Assembly: GCA_002315615.1 (NCBI GenBank)
Contig: DCHK01000069.1
Span: 5,333-69,332 of the forward strand
Direction: 5' to 3'
Length of the DNA: 64,000 nt
Source: Bacteroidales bacterium UBA1754
Lineage (GTDB): Bacteria; Bacteroidota; Bacteroidia; Bacteroidales; Paludibacteraceae
Below are positions 9,611 to 20,400 of this stretch, in pieces. Position 1 is the stretch's first letter. The number at the start of each line of letters is the position of its first letter. Made by a program: the position numbers and the translations under genes. The notes beneath the pieces are model-generated. The model worked only from the letters and a program-made list of their open reading frames with translations. It was not told the DNA's origin and did not search any database.

Positions 9611-10453
9611 TCAGTCGTTCCACAACGAAAAGTCGGCGTTTGCTTCAATTTTGTCTTGCAATTCTTTTGGTACGTTACTGAAAAAGTCAATTCCGGTAAG
9701 TTTCTCAATTTCATCTACGGTTTCAAAATTGTCTTTCATAAATTGTACGCCTGTGGTGTTTTGAAAGATAAATCCTATGGCTCGTTCTTTGCCTGGCGTC
9801 AGCACCATAATGACTTTATAAAAATGGTCGGGTAGTGCAATGTGTCTGTCGCCAATGTATATTGTTTTATGACTACCATCGTAGATTGGTCCACAGGCAA
9901 TGTATATTTCGCCCTCTTTTTTTGCCCATCGTCTGCACGCCATTTCGAGCGAGTTCCAGTCGCCTTCGTTCAAGTCTTCGTGTTGCGGACAAATGTTGCT
10001 CATCAAAAAACAATCGTCCATAGCCTGTTTGTCCCAACGCATATCTGCCGAAGGCGCCATGTGTCCGCGACTGTAGCCCGTGCCAGAATAGTCGTAGTAC
10101 TGAACTTGGTATTGCTCGGGCAAAGTGGTGTCGGCAGTGAAAAAGTTTGAACGTGGCACGACTTTGTTCTCTACTTCTTCCCTCGTCAAGCACCACGCAA
10201 CCCAGTTTGCACAAAGCGTTTCTTTGTTGAACGAGATTGTAAATCCTTTGTGCTCAATTATTTCTGATGGTGTTTTCTTGTCTATGATTTGTGGAATTTC
10301 ATATTTTGTTTCGTTGCCGTCTTTTTGCAGATTGCAATCGCGCTGTGTTTCTGTTTTGGCTGTGGCAAAGTTGCACGATGCGAAAAGCAGAAAAGAGGCA
10401 ATGCTAACCGACAAAAAGTTTGCGATTTTGTGGCAATATGAAATCATAAACAT
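9611..10453 (-). CDS. Secreted DNA/RNA non-specific endonuclease (EndoG/NucA family) lipoprotein
   Basis: The active-site motif SRGHMAP matches the DRGH motif of beta-beta-alpha-Me nucleases. Lipoprotein-like signal FLLFASCNF. The start is trimmed to the ATG at 10453 (or 10447), because the longer ORF would overlap prfC. Confidence 0.85.
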   Translation of the reverse strand: MFMISYCHKIANFLSVSIASFLLFASCNFATAKTETQRDCNLQKDGNETKYEIPQIIDKKTPSEIIEHKGFTISFNKETLCANWVAWCLTREEVENKVVPRSNFFTADTTLPEQYQVQYYDYSGTGYSRGHMAPSADMRWDKQAMDDCFLMSNICPQHEDLNEGDWNSLEMACRRWAKKEGEIYIACGPIYDGSHKTIYIGDRHIALPDHFYKVIMVLTPGKERAIGFIFQNTTGVQFMKDNFETVDEIEKLTGIDFFSNVPKELQDKIEANADFSLWND

Positions 10454-10460
10454 ATTGGTG

Positions 10461-12035
10461 TTAAAATTCTGACGTAAAATGGAAACGGATATTTTTGAAA
10501 TCGTTTTGTGCCATTTGCAATACATAGTTCGAATCGGCAAGGAAAACATCGCGGTCGTCTTTGTCTTTTGCCATATATTGGAACTTGCGTTTTTTGAAAT
10601 TTTCGAGTTCCGTTTGGTCATCGCTTTCTATCCAACACGCTTTGAACATTGGTAATGGCTCCCAACGACATTTTGCACCATACTCGTGCAACAATCTGTA
10701 CTGAATAACTTCGAACTGAAGTTGACCAACAGTACCGATAATTTTTCGTCCATTAAACTGATTGACAAACATTTGTGCTACGCCTTCGTCCATCAATTGA
10801 TGAATACCTTTGTCGAGTTGTTTCACTTTCATTGGGTCTTCATTTTCAAGGTATTTGAACATTTCTGGTGAGAAACTTGGCAGACCTTTGAAATGCAGAT
10901 TTTCGCCCGACGAAAGCGAATCGCCAATTTTGAAATTGCCTGTATCTGGAAGTCCTACAATGTCGCCTGCAAACGCTTCTTCTACAGTTTCTTTCTTTTG
11001 TGCCATAAAGCAAGTTGGAGCAGAAAATTTCATTAGTTTACCGAAACGAACGTGTTTGTAATTGACATTTCGCTCGAATTTTCCTGAGCAAATTTTCACG
11101 AAAGCAATGCAACTGCGGTGATTTGGGTCCATATTGGCGTGAATTTTGAACACAAAACCCGAAAATGCGTCTTCGTTAGGATTTACTACTCGTTCTTGTG
11201 CCTCGACTGGTTGAGGCGAAGGTGCGATTTTTACAAAGCAATCGAGCAATTCTTTAATTCCAAAGTTGTTCAAAGCCGAACCGAAAAACACAGGTGCAGT
11301 TTCGCCCTTCAAGTATTCCTCGGTAGAAAAATCGGAATAAACACCATTGATAAGTTCCAAATCTTCGCGAAGTTTTTCGGCATCGGCATCGCCAATGTTT
11401 GTTTCGAGTTCGTTGCTGTTTATGTCGATGGCAATTGCTTTGCTCACTGTTTGTTTGCTTGGCGTGTATAGATTCAGTTTTTGCTCGTAAATATTGTACA
11501 CACCTTTGAAATTGATGCCCATATTGATAGGCCAACTTAGCGGACGGACTTTTATGCCCAATTCTGCTTCAATCTCGTCGAGCAAGTCGAAAGCATCGCG
11601 TCCTTCGCGGTCCATTTTGTTGATGAAAACAATGACAGGTGTATTTCGCATACGGCACACGTTCATCAGTTTGCGCGTTTGTGCTTCCACACCTTTGGCT
11701 GAATCTATTACGATAATTACGCTATCGACGGCTGTAAGTGTACGGAAAGTATCTTCGGCAAAGTCTTGGTGTCCAGGTGTGTCGAGAATGTTAATTTTGT
11801 AATCATCGTATTCAAAACCCATAACGGATGTTGCCACAGAAATACCACGTTGTTTTTCTATCTCCATCCAGTCCGAAGTGGCAGTTTTTTTAATTTTGTT
11901 AGATTTTACCGCACCAGCCACGTGTATTGCGCCACCAAAAAGCAAAAGTTTTTCGGTAAGTGTAGTTTTTCCCGCATCAGGGTGACTGATGATGGCAAAT
12001 GTTCTGCGTCGTTTGATTTCTTCTTGAAAATCCAT
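10461..12035 (-). CDS. prfC: Peptide chain release factor 3
   Basis: [30 protein letters not shown] and NKMD G-motifs, with RF3-type length. The start is trimmed to the ATG at 12035 ([16 protein letters not shown]), which also removes the overlap with the upstream symporter gene. Confidence 0.95.
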   Translation of the reverse strand: MDFQEEIKRRRTFAIISHPDAGKTTLTEKLLLFGGAIHVAGAVKSNKIKKTATSDWMEIEKQRGISVATSVMGFEYDDYKINILDTPGHQDFAEDTFRTLTAVDSVIIVIDSAKGVEAQTRKLMNVCRMRNTPVIVFINKMDREGRDAFDLLDEIEAELGIKVRPLSWPINMGINFKGVYNIYEQKLNLYTPSKQTVSKAIAIDINSNELETNIGDADAEKLREDLELINGVYSDFSTEEYLKGETAPVFFGSALNNFGIKELLDCFVKIAPSPQPVEAQERVVNPNEDAFSGFVFKIHANMDPNHRSCIAFVKICSGKFERNVNYKHVRFGKLMKFSAPTCFMAQKKETVEEAFAGDIVGLPDTGNFKIGDSLSSGENLHFKGLPSFSPEMFKYLENEDPMKVKQLDKGIHQLMDEGVAQMFVNQFNGRKIIGTVGQLQFEVIQYRLLHEYGAKCRWEPLPMFKACWIESDDQTELENFKKRKFQYMAKDKDDRDVFLADSNYVLQMAQNDFKNIRFHFTSEF

Positions 12036-12061
12036 ATTTAGAAACGATTTTTGAGCAAAAT

Positions 12062-13594
12062 TTATTTTTTCTTGTTGTAACAATTGAAGATGGCGTCCAC
12101 CTTTTCTTCATTTATATTTTTTGTGAATAAACTTGTAACGAAAACTACCACAAAACCGCCTAACATAGCAATCGCGCCACAGTTGATAGGCGAAATAGGA
12201 TTACCCATTACCATATTCAATAGTGTGATGCCTACGCCCCAAATGAAGCAAGCCCAAACCGAAGCGGTAGTTGTTTTTCTCCAATAAAGTCCCAAAACAA
12301 ATGGAGCAAGAAATGCACCAGCCAAAGCGCCCCAAGAAATTCCCATCAGTTGTGCGATGAACGTAGGTGGATTGAGTGCGATGAGTACGGAAATAACAAT
12401 GAAAAATACGATGAGTGTACGAAGTACAACCACTTTTCGGCGTTCAATTTTTTCAGAAACTTCTTCGTCGATAGTACCCGATACCACTTCGCCTCTTTTC
12501 GATTTTACATCGCGATAGATAAGGTCGAGTGTCATTGTAGAACTTGAGGTGAGCACCAACGATGCCAATGTTGACATTGATGCCGAAAGAACCAAAAGAA
12601 TGACAAGTCCGATAAGCGCATCGGGCAATGTGATGAGCATAGAAGGAACGATGGAGTCGAAGTCCAGTGTGCCATTTGGTAGAGTAGGTGGCGTGCCGAA
12701 CAAGCGACCGAAACCGCCTAAGAAATAGCATCCGCCAGCCACGACAAGCGCAAAAATGGTGGAGATGATAGTGCCACGTTTCACGGCAGACTCATCGGTG
12801 ATGGAATAGAATTTTCCTACCATTTGAGGCAAGCCCCAAGTGCCAAGTGATGTCAGTACAACCACGCCTAACAAATTCCAAGGGTCTGGTCCGAAAATGC
12901 TTGCAAAACCACCATTAACTTCGGGATTTTCGTCGGAAGGAAGTGATGCCATACTTGCAAATGCTTCGGAGAAACCACCTTTTTGTCCTATCACAACAAA
13001 TATGAGAGCAATAATGCCAAATAGCATTATGATGCCTTGAATGAAGTCGTTGATGGCAGTTGCTTTATAACCACCGAGAATTACGTATATGGCAGTAAAT
13101 CCAGCCATTAAATACACGCAATACTGATACTGAATGCCAAATCCCATTTCGAAAAGAGTAGAAATGCCTTTGTAAACACCTGCAGTGTAAGGAATTAAAA
13201 ATACGAAAGCAATAATTGAAGCCACTACACGCAATTGTTGAGAATCGAAACGAGTGCCGAAAAAGTCGGGCATTGTGCGACTTTGAATGTGTTGCGTCAT
13301 AATTTTTGTACGTTTGCCCAACACAATCCAGGCAAACAGCGAACCGATAAGGGCATTTCCCACGCCAATCCACGAACTTGAGAGTCCATACTTCCAACCA
13401 AACTGCCCAGCGTAACCTACAAATACTACTGCCGAAAAATAAGATGTGCCGTAGGCAAAAGCTGTGAGCCAAGGTCCTACCGCTCTACCTCCCAATACAA
13501 AATTATCAACACTTTTTGATTGTTTGTGAGAGTACAATCCTACGCCAATCATAATGGCGAGGAAGAGTATTGTCATTAAAATTTTGATAAACAT
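12062..13594 (-). CDS. Sodium:solute symporter family (SSF) transporter
   Basis: 510 aa with about 13 predicted TM segments. The N-terminal pattern [27 protein letters not shown] is typical of SSF (PanF/PutP-like) carriers. The substrate cannot be determined from sequence. Confidence 0.85.
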   Translation of the reverse strand: MFIKILMTILFLAIMIGVGLYSHKQSKSVDNFVLGGRAVGPWLTAFAYGTSYFSAVVFVGYAGQFGWKYGLSSSWIGVGNALIGSLFAWIVLGKRTKIMTQHIQSRTMPDFFGTRFDSQQLRVVASIIAFVFLIPYTAGVYKGISTLFEMGFGIQYQYCVYLMAGFTAIYVILGGYKATAINDFIQGIIMLFGIIALIFVVIGQKGGFSEAFASMASLPSDENPEVNGGFASIFGPDPWNLLGVVVLTSLGTWGLPQMVGKFYSITDESAVKRGTIISTIFALVVAGGCYFLGGFGRLFGTPPTLPNGTLDFDSIVPSMLITLPDALIGLVILLVLSASMSTLASLVLTSSSTMTLDLIYRDVKSKRGEVVSGTIDEEVSEKIERRKVVVLRTLIVFFIVISVLIALNPPTFIAQLMGISWGALAGAFLAPFVLGLYWRKTTTASVWACFIWGVGITLLNMVMGNPISPINCGAIAMLGGFVVVFVTSLFTKNINEEKVDAIFNCYNKKK

Positions 13595-13623
13595 AAAATT
13601 TCCTTCTTTTTATAAAAATCGTG

Positions 13624-13631
13624 CAAAGGTA
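13624..13631 (-). promoter_or_regulatory. -7 promoter element (TACCTTTG) for the SSF symporter
   Basis: TAnnTTTG match on the minus strand, 30 nt upstream of the ATG at 13594. Confidence 0.45.
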
Positions 13632-13664
13632 CGAAAAAAAACGAAAATTGAGAATAGAGGTAAG

Positions 13665-13689
13665 AGAAACAAGAAACAAGAAGCAAGAA
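13665..13689. repeat. Copy of the dispersed purine-rich heptad-like repeat (agaaacaagaaacaagaagcaagaa)
   Basis: 24 of 25 positions match 1705-1729. It lies in the divergent symporter/ruvA intergenic region, upstream of the symporter -7 box. Confidence 0.5.
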
Positions 13690-13848
13690 GCGTGACATTT
13701 GGCAATTTTAACAATTTGAGATTTTTTTAGGATTTGACGTTTCGATAAAATAAGCAAATAAGCGAAGTTTTTGTTTACTAAAATACTAAAACTATTTTTT
13801 TTTCGTTCTATTATTTGCGTAGGTTTTGGTAGTGGAGAAAAAACTTGG

Positions 13849-13856
13849 TAACTTTG
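13849..13856 (+). promoter_or_regulatory. -7 promoter element (TAACTTTG) for ruvA-sprA
   Basis: TAnnTTTG match 32 nt upstream of the ruvA ATG. Confidence 0.45.
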
Positions 13857-13887
13857 CGCGTTTTTTATAGTATGTAAAAACTCAATA

Positions 13888-14478
13888 ATGATTGAATATA
13901 TAAAGGGAGAAATAACTGAAATAACCCCAACATTCGCCGTGGTAGAGAGTGCTGGAGTAGGTTATTTTATAAATATTTCGTTGAATACTTATACGGCTCT
14001 TTCGGCTGAAAAGACTTGTAAATTATATATTTACGAGGCAATAAGAGAAGACGCATACGTATTGTATGGTTTTGCCGAAAAGGCAGAAAGAGAAAAATTT
14101 TTGTTGCTCATATCGGTTTCGGGCATTGGAGCAAATACTGCACGAATGATTTTGTCGTCGCTCACAGTTGATGAACTCGAAACTGCTATTGCTACAGGTA
14201 ATGTGGCAGCGCTTAAAAGCATAAAAGGAATAGGCGCCAAAACAGCGGAGCGTGCTATTGTTGATTTGAAAGACAAAATAACAAAATCTTCAGTTAGCGA
14301 AAATTTGACGATTTCGGCTATGTCGTCTAATTCGCAAGGCAAAGAAGAGGCACTTGCTGCACTCACAATGTTGGGATTCAAGCAACAAGATTCGTCGAAG
14401 GTGTTGAATAAAATATATACCGAAAAACCACAAACAACGGTGGAAGAAGCCATTAAATTGGCATTGAAAATGTTGTAA
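13888..14478 (+). CDS. ruvA: Holliday junction branch migration complex subunit RuvA
   Basis: MIEYIKGEI...[14 protein letters not shown]-terminus and two HhH motifs ([30 protein letters not shown]). 196 aa. Confidence 0.95.
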   Translation: MIEYIKGEITEITPTFAVVESAGVGYFINISLNTYTALSAEKTCKLYIYEAIREDAYVLYGFAEKAEREKFLLLISVSGIGANTARMILSSLTVDELETAIATGNVAALKSIKGIGAKTAERAIVDLKDKITKSSVSENLTISAMSSNSQGKEEALAALTMLGFKQQDSSKVLNKIYTEKPQTTVEEAIKLALKML

Positions 14479-14496
14479 AACTGATATTAGAATACA

Positions 14497-17400
14497 TTGA
14501 AGACCAAAATATATATATTTTCATTTATTGCTTGCGTAATAGGCGTTTTGTCGGTGTATGCGGTTACAAAAGAGGAAACCGATGAGTTGCCTTTCCCAAT
14601 AGCGAAAGATGCAAACGGAACAATAGATGACAAGATAAATTCAGGTTCGGCGGTTGATTTGAAAGACCCCGAAAATATGAAAACCGACGTAGAGTACGAT
14701 GGTGAAAACGACACTTACATTGTGCGTACAAAAGTAGGCGACGAAGAGTTTGGCACTCCGTTTGTTTTTACTTCTGACGAGTACAAAGAGTACAGTTTGA
14801 AACAATCAATGCGCGACTACTGGCGCGACCGCAACGGAATAGAAACTTCGGGTAAGCACAAAGGTTTTTCACTCACTGATATTCAAGTAGATATTGGTAG
14901 AGGCGATGAAATTTTTGGTCCTGGTGGAATACAAGTGAAAACTCAAGGTTCTGCCGAAATTTCTATGGGTTTACGTCGCAATCGCATACAAAATCCTACA
15001 TTGACCGAACGCTCACAAAATCCACCACCATCTTTCGATTTCGATGAAAAAATTCAATTGAATGTAAAAGGTAGCGTGGGCGACAAAATAAAACTCGGAC
15101 TGAACTATAATACCGAAGCATCTTTTGATTTTGATTCGGAAATGATTAAGTTGCAGTATGCTGGCAACGAAGACGAAATCATTCAAAGCATAGAAGCGGG
15201 TAATGTGAGTATGCCACTTAGTACATCGCTCATCAGTGGTTCGTCGGCATTGTTTGGCTTGCGTACAAAATTAAAGTTCGGCAGAATGACTGTAGATGCT
15301 GTAGTGTCGCAGCAACAATCAGAATCGCAGAACGTGAGCGTGAAAAATGGTGCACAGACAACCGACTTTGAAATTCCTATTGACGAATACGATGAAAATC
15401 GTCATTTCTTCCTTTCTAAATATTTTTACGACAATTATAATAAGTCGCTAAAAACTTTGCCTTACATCAATTCTTCGGTAAAAATAAACCGTATAGAAGT
15501 TTGGGTTACCAACAAAAGAGGTACAACGACCGATGTGCGTAATATCGTAACTTTTGCCGATTTGGGCGAACCCGAAGTTTTCAATCATCACTGGTTGCCG
15601 AAGTCAGGTGCACGTTATCCGTCAAACAATACAAACAACCTTTACTCTACGGTAACGGATACAGTAAATTTTACCGATGGCGAATATACTATTCGTGATA
15701 TTGACGGTGTGTCGGTGCTATTGGAGAACAAACTTAGTGCTTACGGAATTGAAGGTGGCGAAGACTATGACAAGATAGAAAATGCTCGAATGTTGAGTAG
15801 TTCGGAATATACGCTCAATGCACAATTGGGTTATATTTCGTTGAAAGCCGCTTTGAATGCCGATGAAGTGTTGGCAGTGGCATACGAGTTTGTGGCAAAC
15901 GGTGTGGTGTATCAAGTGGGTGAATTTGCTTCGGATATTAAAACGCCAAAAACGCTTGTGTTGAAGATGTTGAAAGGTACAAACCTTCATCCTGATGCAC
16001 CGACTTGGAAGTTGATGATGAAAAACGTCTATTCACTTGGTGCAATGCAAGTGCAACAAGACAAATTTGAACTTAACGTAATGTTCCAAAGCGACTCTAC
16101 GGGATTGTATTTGAATTATTTGCCAAACTCTCCAATACAAGACAAGACATTGCTCTCGGCTATGGGATTGGATAAATTGGATTCGCGCAACGAGGCACAC
16201 CCCGATGGAGTGTACGACTTTGTGAGCGGAATAACGATAATTCCAGAAACTGGTCGCATTATTTTCCCAACAATTGAACCGTTTGGTTCCGATTTGAAAA
16301 GCCTTTTGGGAAGTTCAAAAGAATACGAGAAATACATTTATCAAGAGTTGTACGATTCTACGTTGGTTGTGGCTCAAGAGTATTCCGAGAAAAATAAATT
16401 CAAACTGAAAGGTAAATACAAAGCATCGTCGGGTTCGGAAATTCGCTTGAATGCAATGAACATTCCACGTGGGTCGGTGAAGGTAACTGCTGGTGGTAGA
16501 ACATTGACAGAAAACTCCGATTATACCGTCGATTACACAATGGGTACTGTAAATATCATCAATACGGAACTCCTTGATGCTGGCGAAACAATCAATGTGT
16601 CGCTCGAAAATCAGTCGTTTTTCAACACGCAAAGAAAATCACTTTTTGGTTTGCATCTCGACTATAAATTCTCCGACAATTTCAATTTGGGCGGTACCAT
16701 TATGCACTTGTCAGAAAAACCATTGACAAAAAAAGTGGAGATGGGAAGCGAACCGATTTCAAACACTATTTGGGGATTTAACGGAGCGTACAAAACAGAT
16801 TTACCTTGGTTGACAAACGCTTTCAATAAAATCCCATTTTTCGATTTGAAAGCACCTTCGTCATTCAGCATAAACGGAGAGTTTGCACAACTTATTCCTG
16901 GCGAGGCAAAAGTGATTTCGGGTAATGCCTATATTGATGATTTTGAATCTACCAAAAGTGGAATAGATATTCGTTACGCATACAATTGGAAATTGGCAAG
17001 TATTCCTGGCGACGAGAAACTTTTCCCCGAGTCGAAATTGTCAAACGATTTGTCAATAGGATACAATCGTGCGTTGCTTTCGTGGTACACTATCGACCCA
17101 CTCTTTACGCGTAACAATACCAATACGCCGAAACATATTCGTAGCGATTCGGAGCAATTGTCCAACCATTATGTTCGTGAGGTGGAAGAACAAGAAATTT
17201 ATCCTAATCGCGAGACAGCATACGGTCAATCGTCGTACAGAACAATTCTCAACTTGGCATATTATCCAAACGAGCGTGGTCCGTACAACTTCGACGAAAA
17301 TATCGATACTGATGGTAACCTTACGAATCCAAAAAGTCGTTGGGCAGGTATTATGCGAAAATTGGAAACTACCGATTTTGAAAAAGCAAATATCGAGTAC

Positions 17401-20400
17401 ATCGAATTTTGGTTGATGGACCCATTCATCTACAACAAGACTGCGCAAGGTGGAGAACTTTATTTTAATCTTGGCGATATTTCCGAAGATATTTTGAAAG
17501 ATGGTAAGAAATTTGCCGAAAATGCTTTGCCAGCCGACGATAAAAGTACAGTACGCATAGATACTACCGCTTGGGGTATTGTGCCGCGCGTTCAGTCGTT
17601 GGTGTCGTCGTTTGCTACAAATGCACTCGAACGTCAAGATGTCGGTTTGAATGGTTTGAATACCGATGCAGAAAAAACTTTTTATGGAGATTTCCTCAAG
17701 AATATTCGCGAGAAGTTGAGCAGTGATGCTATTATGAAAATGCAAGAAGACCCATTTTCTGTATTGAACGACCCTGCAACCGATAATTACCATTATTTCC
17801 TTGGTGGCGACTACGATAATGCCGAGACAAGCGTATTCGACCGTTACAAACGCTACAATGGTTTTGAAGGAAACTCGCAAACATCGGGTGTGCAAAAGGC
17901 TGCCACATCAGTGCCCGACGTCGAAGATATCAATGCAGACAATACGTTGAATGAATACGAACGCTTTTATCAATACAAAATAGACTTGCGTCCAAATTCG
18001 ATGGTTGTTGGCGAAAATTACATCAACGATAAAATTGTTTCGCAAGTTTCGTTGGCTAACGGAACTACCGATTATGTAACTTGGTATCAGTTCAAAATTC
18101 CAATAAGCGACTACACCGAAAAGGTTGGAAATATTCGCAACTTTAAGTCAATCAGATTCGTGAGAATGTATTTGAGAGATTTTTCAGAAGAAACTCACTT
18201 GCGTTTTGGTTCGTTGGAATTGGTGCGTGGCGAGTGGAGAACGTACACGAAAGACTTGCGTTACAACCAAACAGAAACGCCAATTTCCGATGGTAAGATT
18301 GATGTAGAATCAGTCAGTGTAGAAGAAAATTCAAGCAAAGAACCTGTAAATTATATTTTGCCTCCAGGTGTCGACCGTGTGATTGACCCAAGTCAGACAC
18401 AACTTCGTCAGGAAAACGAAGGTGCAATGTCTATAAAAATCACAGACTTAGCACCAAAAGATGCACGTGCGGTGTATAAAACATCAGGTTTGGATATGCG
18501 TCAGTACAAAAAACTGAAAATGTTTGTTCACGCTGAGGCATTGATAGATGATGAAACAAATCTAAAGGACAACGATTTGACAGTGTTTATTCGTTTGGGT
18601 AGCGACCACACAAACAACTTCTACGAATATGAAGTGCCACTTACGCTTACACCGAAAGGTTATTACAGCGAAGATGTGTCGGGCGACCAACGTCGAGTTT
18701 GGCCAGAATCGAACGATATTGATTTTTCTTTGTCGAGATTGACGGAGGCAAAACAAAAACGTAATGCTTCGGGTCAGAAATTGACGGAATTATATTCCGT
18801 TTACGACAAAACCGAAGGCAAGCAACAAAATAAAATCACAGTGCTTGGTAACCCATCGCTCAGCGAAGTGAAGGTGATTATGATTGGTATTCGTAACCAA
18901 TCTACATCAATTAAGAGTGGAGAAATTTGGGTGAACGAATTGCGTATGAGCGAGTTTGAAGACCAAGGTGGTGTGGCTGCATTGGCAAATGCTACTTTGA
19001 ATGTGTCGGATTTGGCAATGCTCAATTTCAGTGGTAGAATGGAAACCGCAGGATACGGAAGCATAGAACAAAATGTGCAACAGCGAAATTTGGACGATGA
19101 GTACCAAATGAGTGTGGCAACTTCTGTAGAATTTGGAAAATTCTTCCCCGAAAAAGCAAAAGTCCACATTCCGTTGTATTATTCGTACTCTCGCGATGTG
19201 ATTAAACCAGATTACGACCCAAAAAACCAAGATTTGAAGTTGAACGATGTGTTGGCAGATGCCACAAAGAGCGAACGAGATTCTATAAAGAAAGTGTCTC
19301 GCGATATGCAAGTGTCTCGTGGTGTAAGTCTGTCAAATGTGAAAGTTGATATTCAAAGCAAAAATCCACAACTTTACGACCCGACAAACTTCTCGGTTGG
19401 ATATAGTTTTAACGAAACTACAAATTACGACCCCGAAACGGAGTACGAAGTAACGAAAAACCACAAAGGTTATATCAGTTATAACTTTAACACAACGCCA
19501 AAACCATATCAACCTTTCAGTAGTATGAAAGATAAAAGCGGTTATTTGAAGTTGATTAAAGATTTTAATATCAACTATATGCCTTCGTACATATCGTATA
19601 TAAATAATATTAACCGTTATTACTACGAGCGTCAATTGCGCGATTTGACGGGAACGGGAAAACTGAATCCTTCTTTTTCGCAAGACTTTACTTGGGATAG
19701 AAATTTTGATTTGAAATATGATTTTTCACGTTCGTTGAAGTTTACATTCTCTACTGCAACAAATTCTCGTATTGACGAGCCTTACACTGTGGTTAATAAA
19801 GATTTGTATCCCGATGAATATCAACATTGGAAAGACTCTGTAATGTACAATTTCCGTCACGGAGGACGTCCGTTGCAGTACGAACAAATGTTTACCATTA
19901 CTTACAATATTCCAATCAACAAAATTCCTGCACTCGATTGGGTAACAGCCAATGCACAGTACAAATCGACATATCAGTGGGATAGAGGAGTAACTGCAAA
20001 AGATGAAGATGGAAACGCATATTCGTTAGGAAATACCGCTACAAATATTATGAATTGGCAAGGCGATGGAAGATTGAATTTCGAAACACTTTACAAGCAT
20101 TCAAAATATTTGAAAAACGTAAATACTAAATTTACGAAAACGCGTACAAGACCAAGTGCAAACAAAAATCAACAGAAATACACGCAAACGGTATCGCTTA
20201 AATCGGGCGAGTCGATGGATATTACGCACAAGTTGAAAACGAACAATGTAAAACTTACGGCAACCGATGACAAAGGTCGAACATACACGCTAAACTATAA
20301 AGCAATAGACGAAAACACAATACGCATTAAACCGAAGCGTAATATTGATAATTTGAGCATAACGGTAGAAAAAAGTCAAGACGAGCAACAAAAATCTGCA

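Noticed and set aside
17053-17895. Long antisense or off-frame ORFs inside well-supported genes. Examples: 280 aa antisense to sprA, 2027-2761 opposite pta, 25613-26533 opposite the T9SS cargo and DUF2461 genes, 51507-52247 opposite glgP, and 61650-62420 opposite the HdrB-like gene.
   Set aside because: They lie fully within genes that carry strong family motifs. Their translations are Cys/Phe/His/Arg-rich low-complexity strings with no recognisable motifs. They are typical shadow ORFs in AT-rich DNA.
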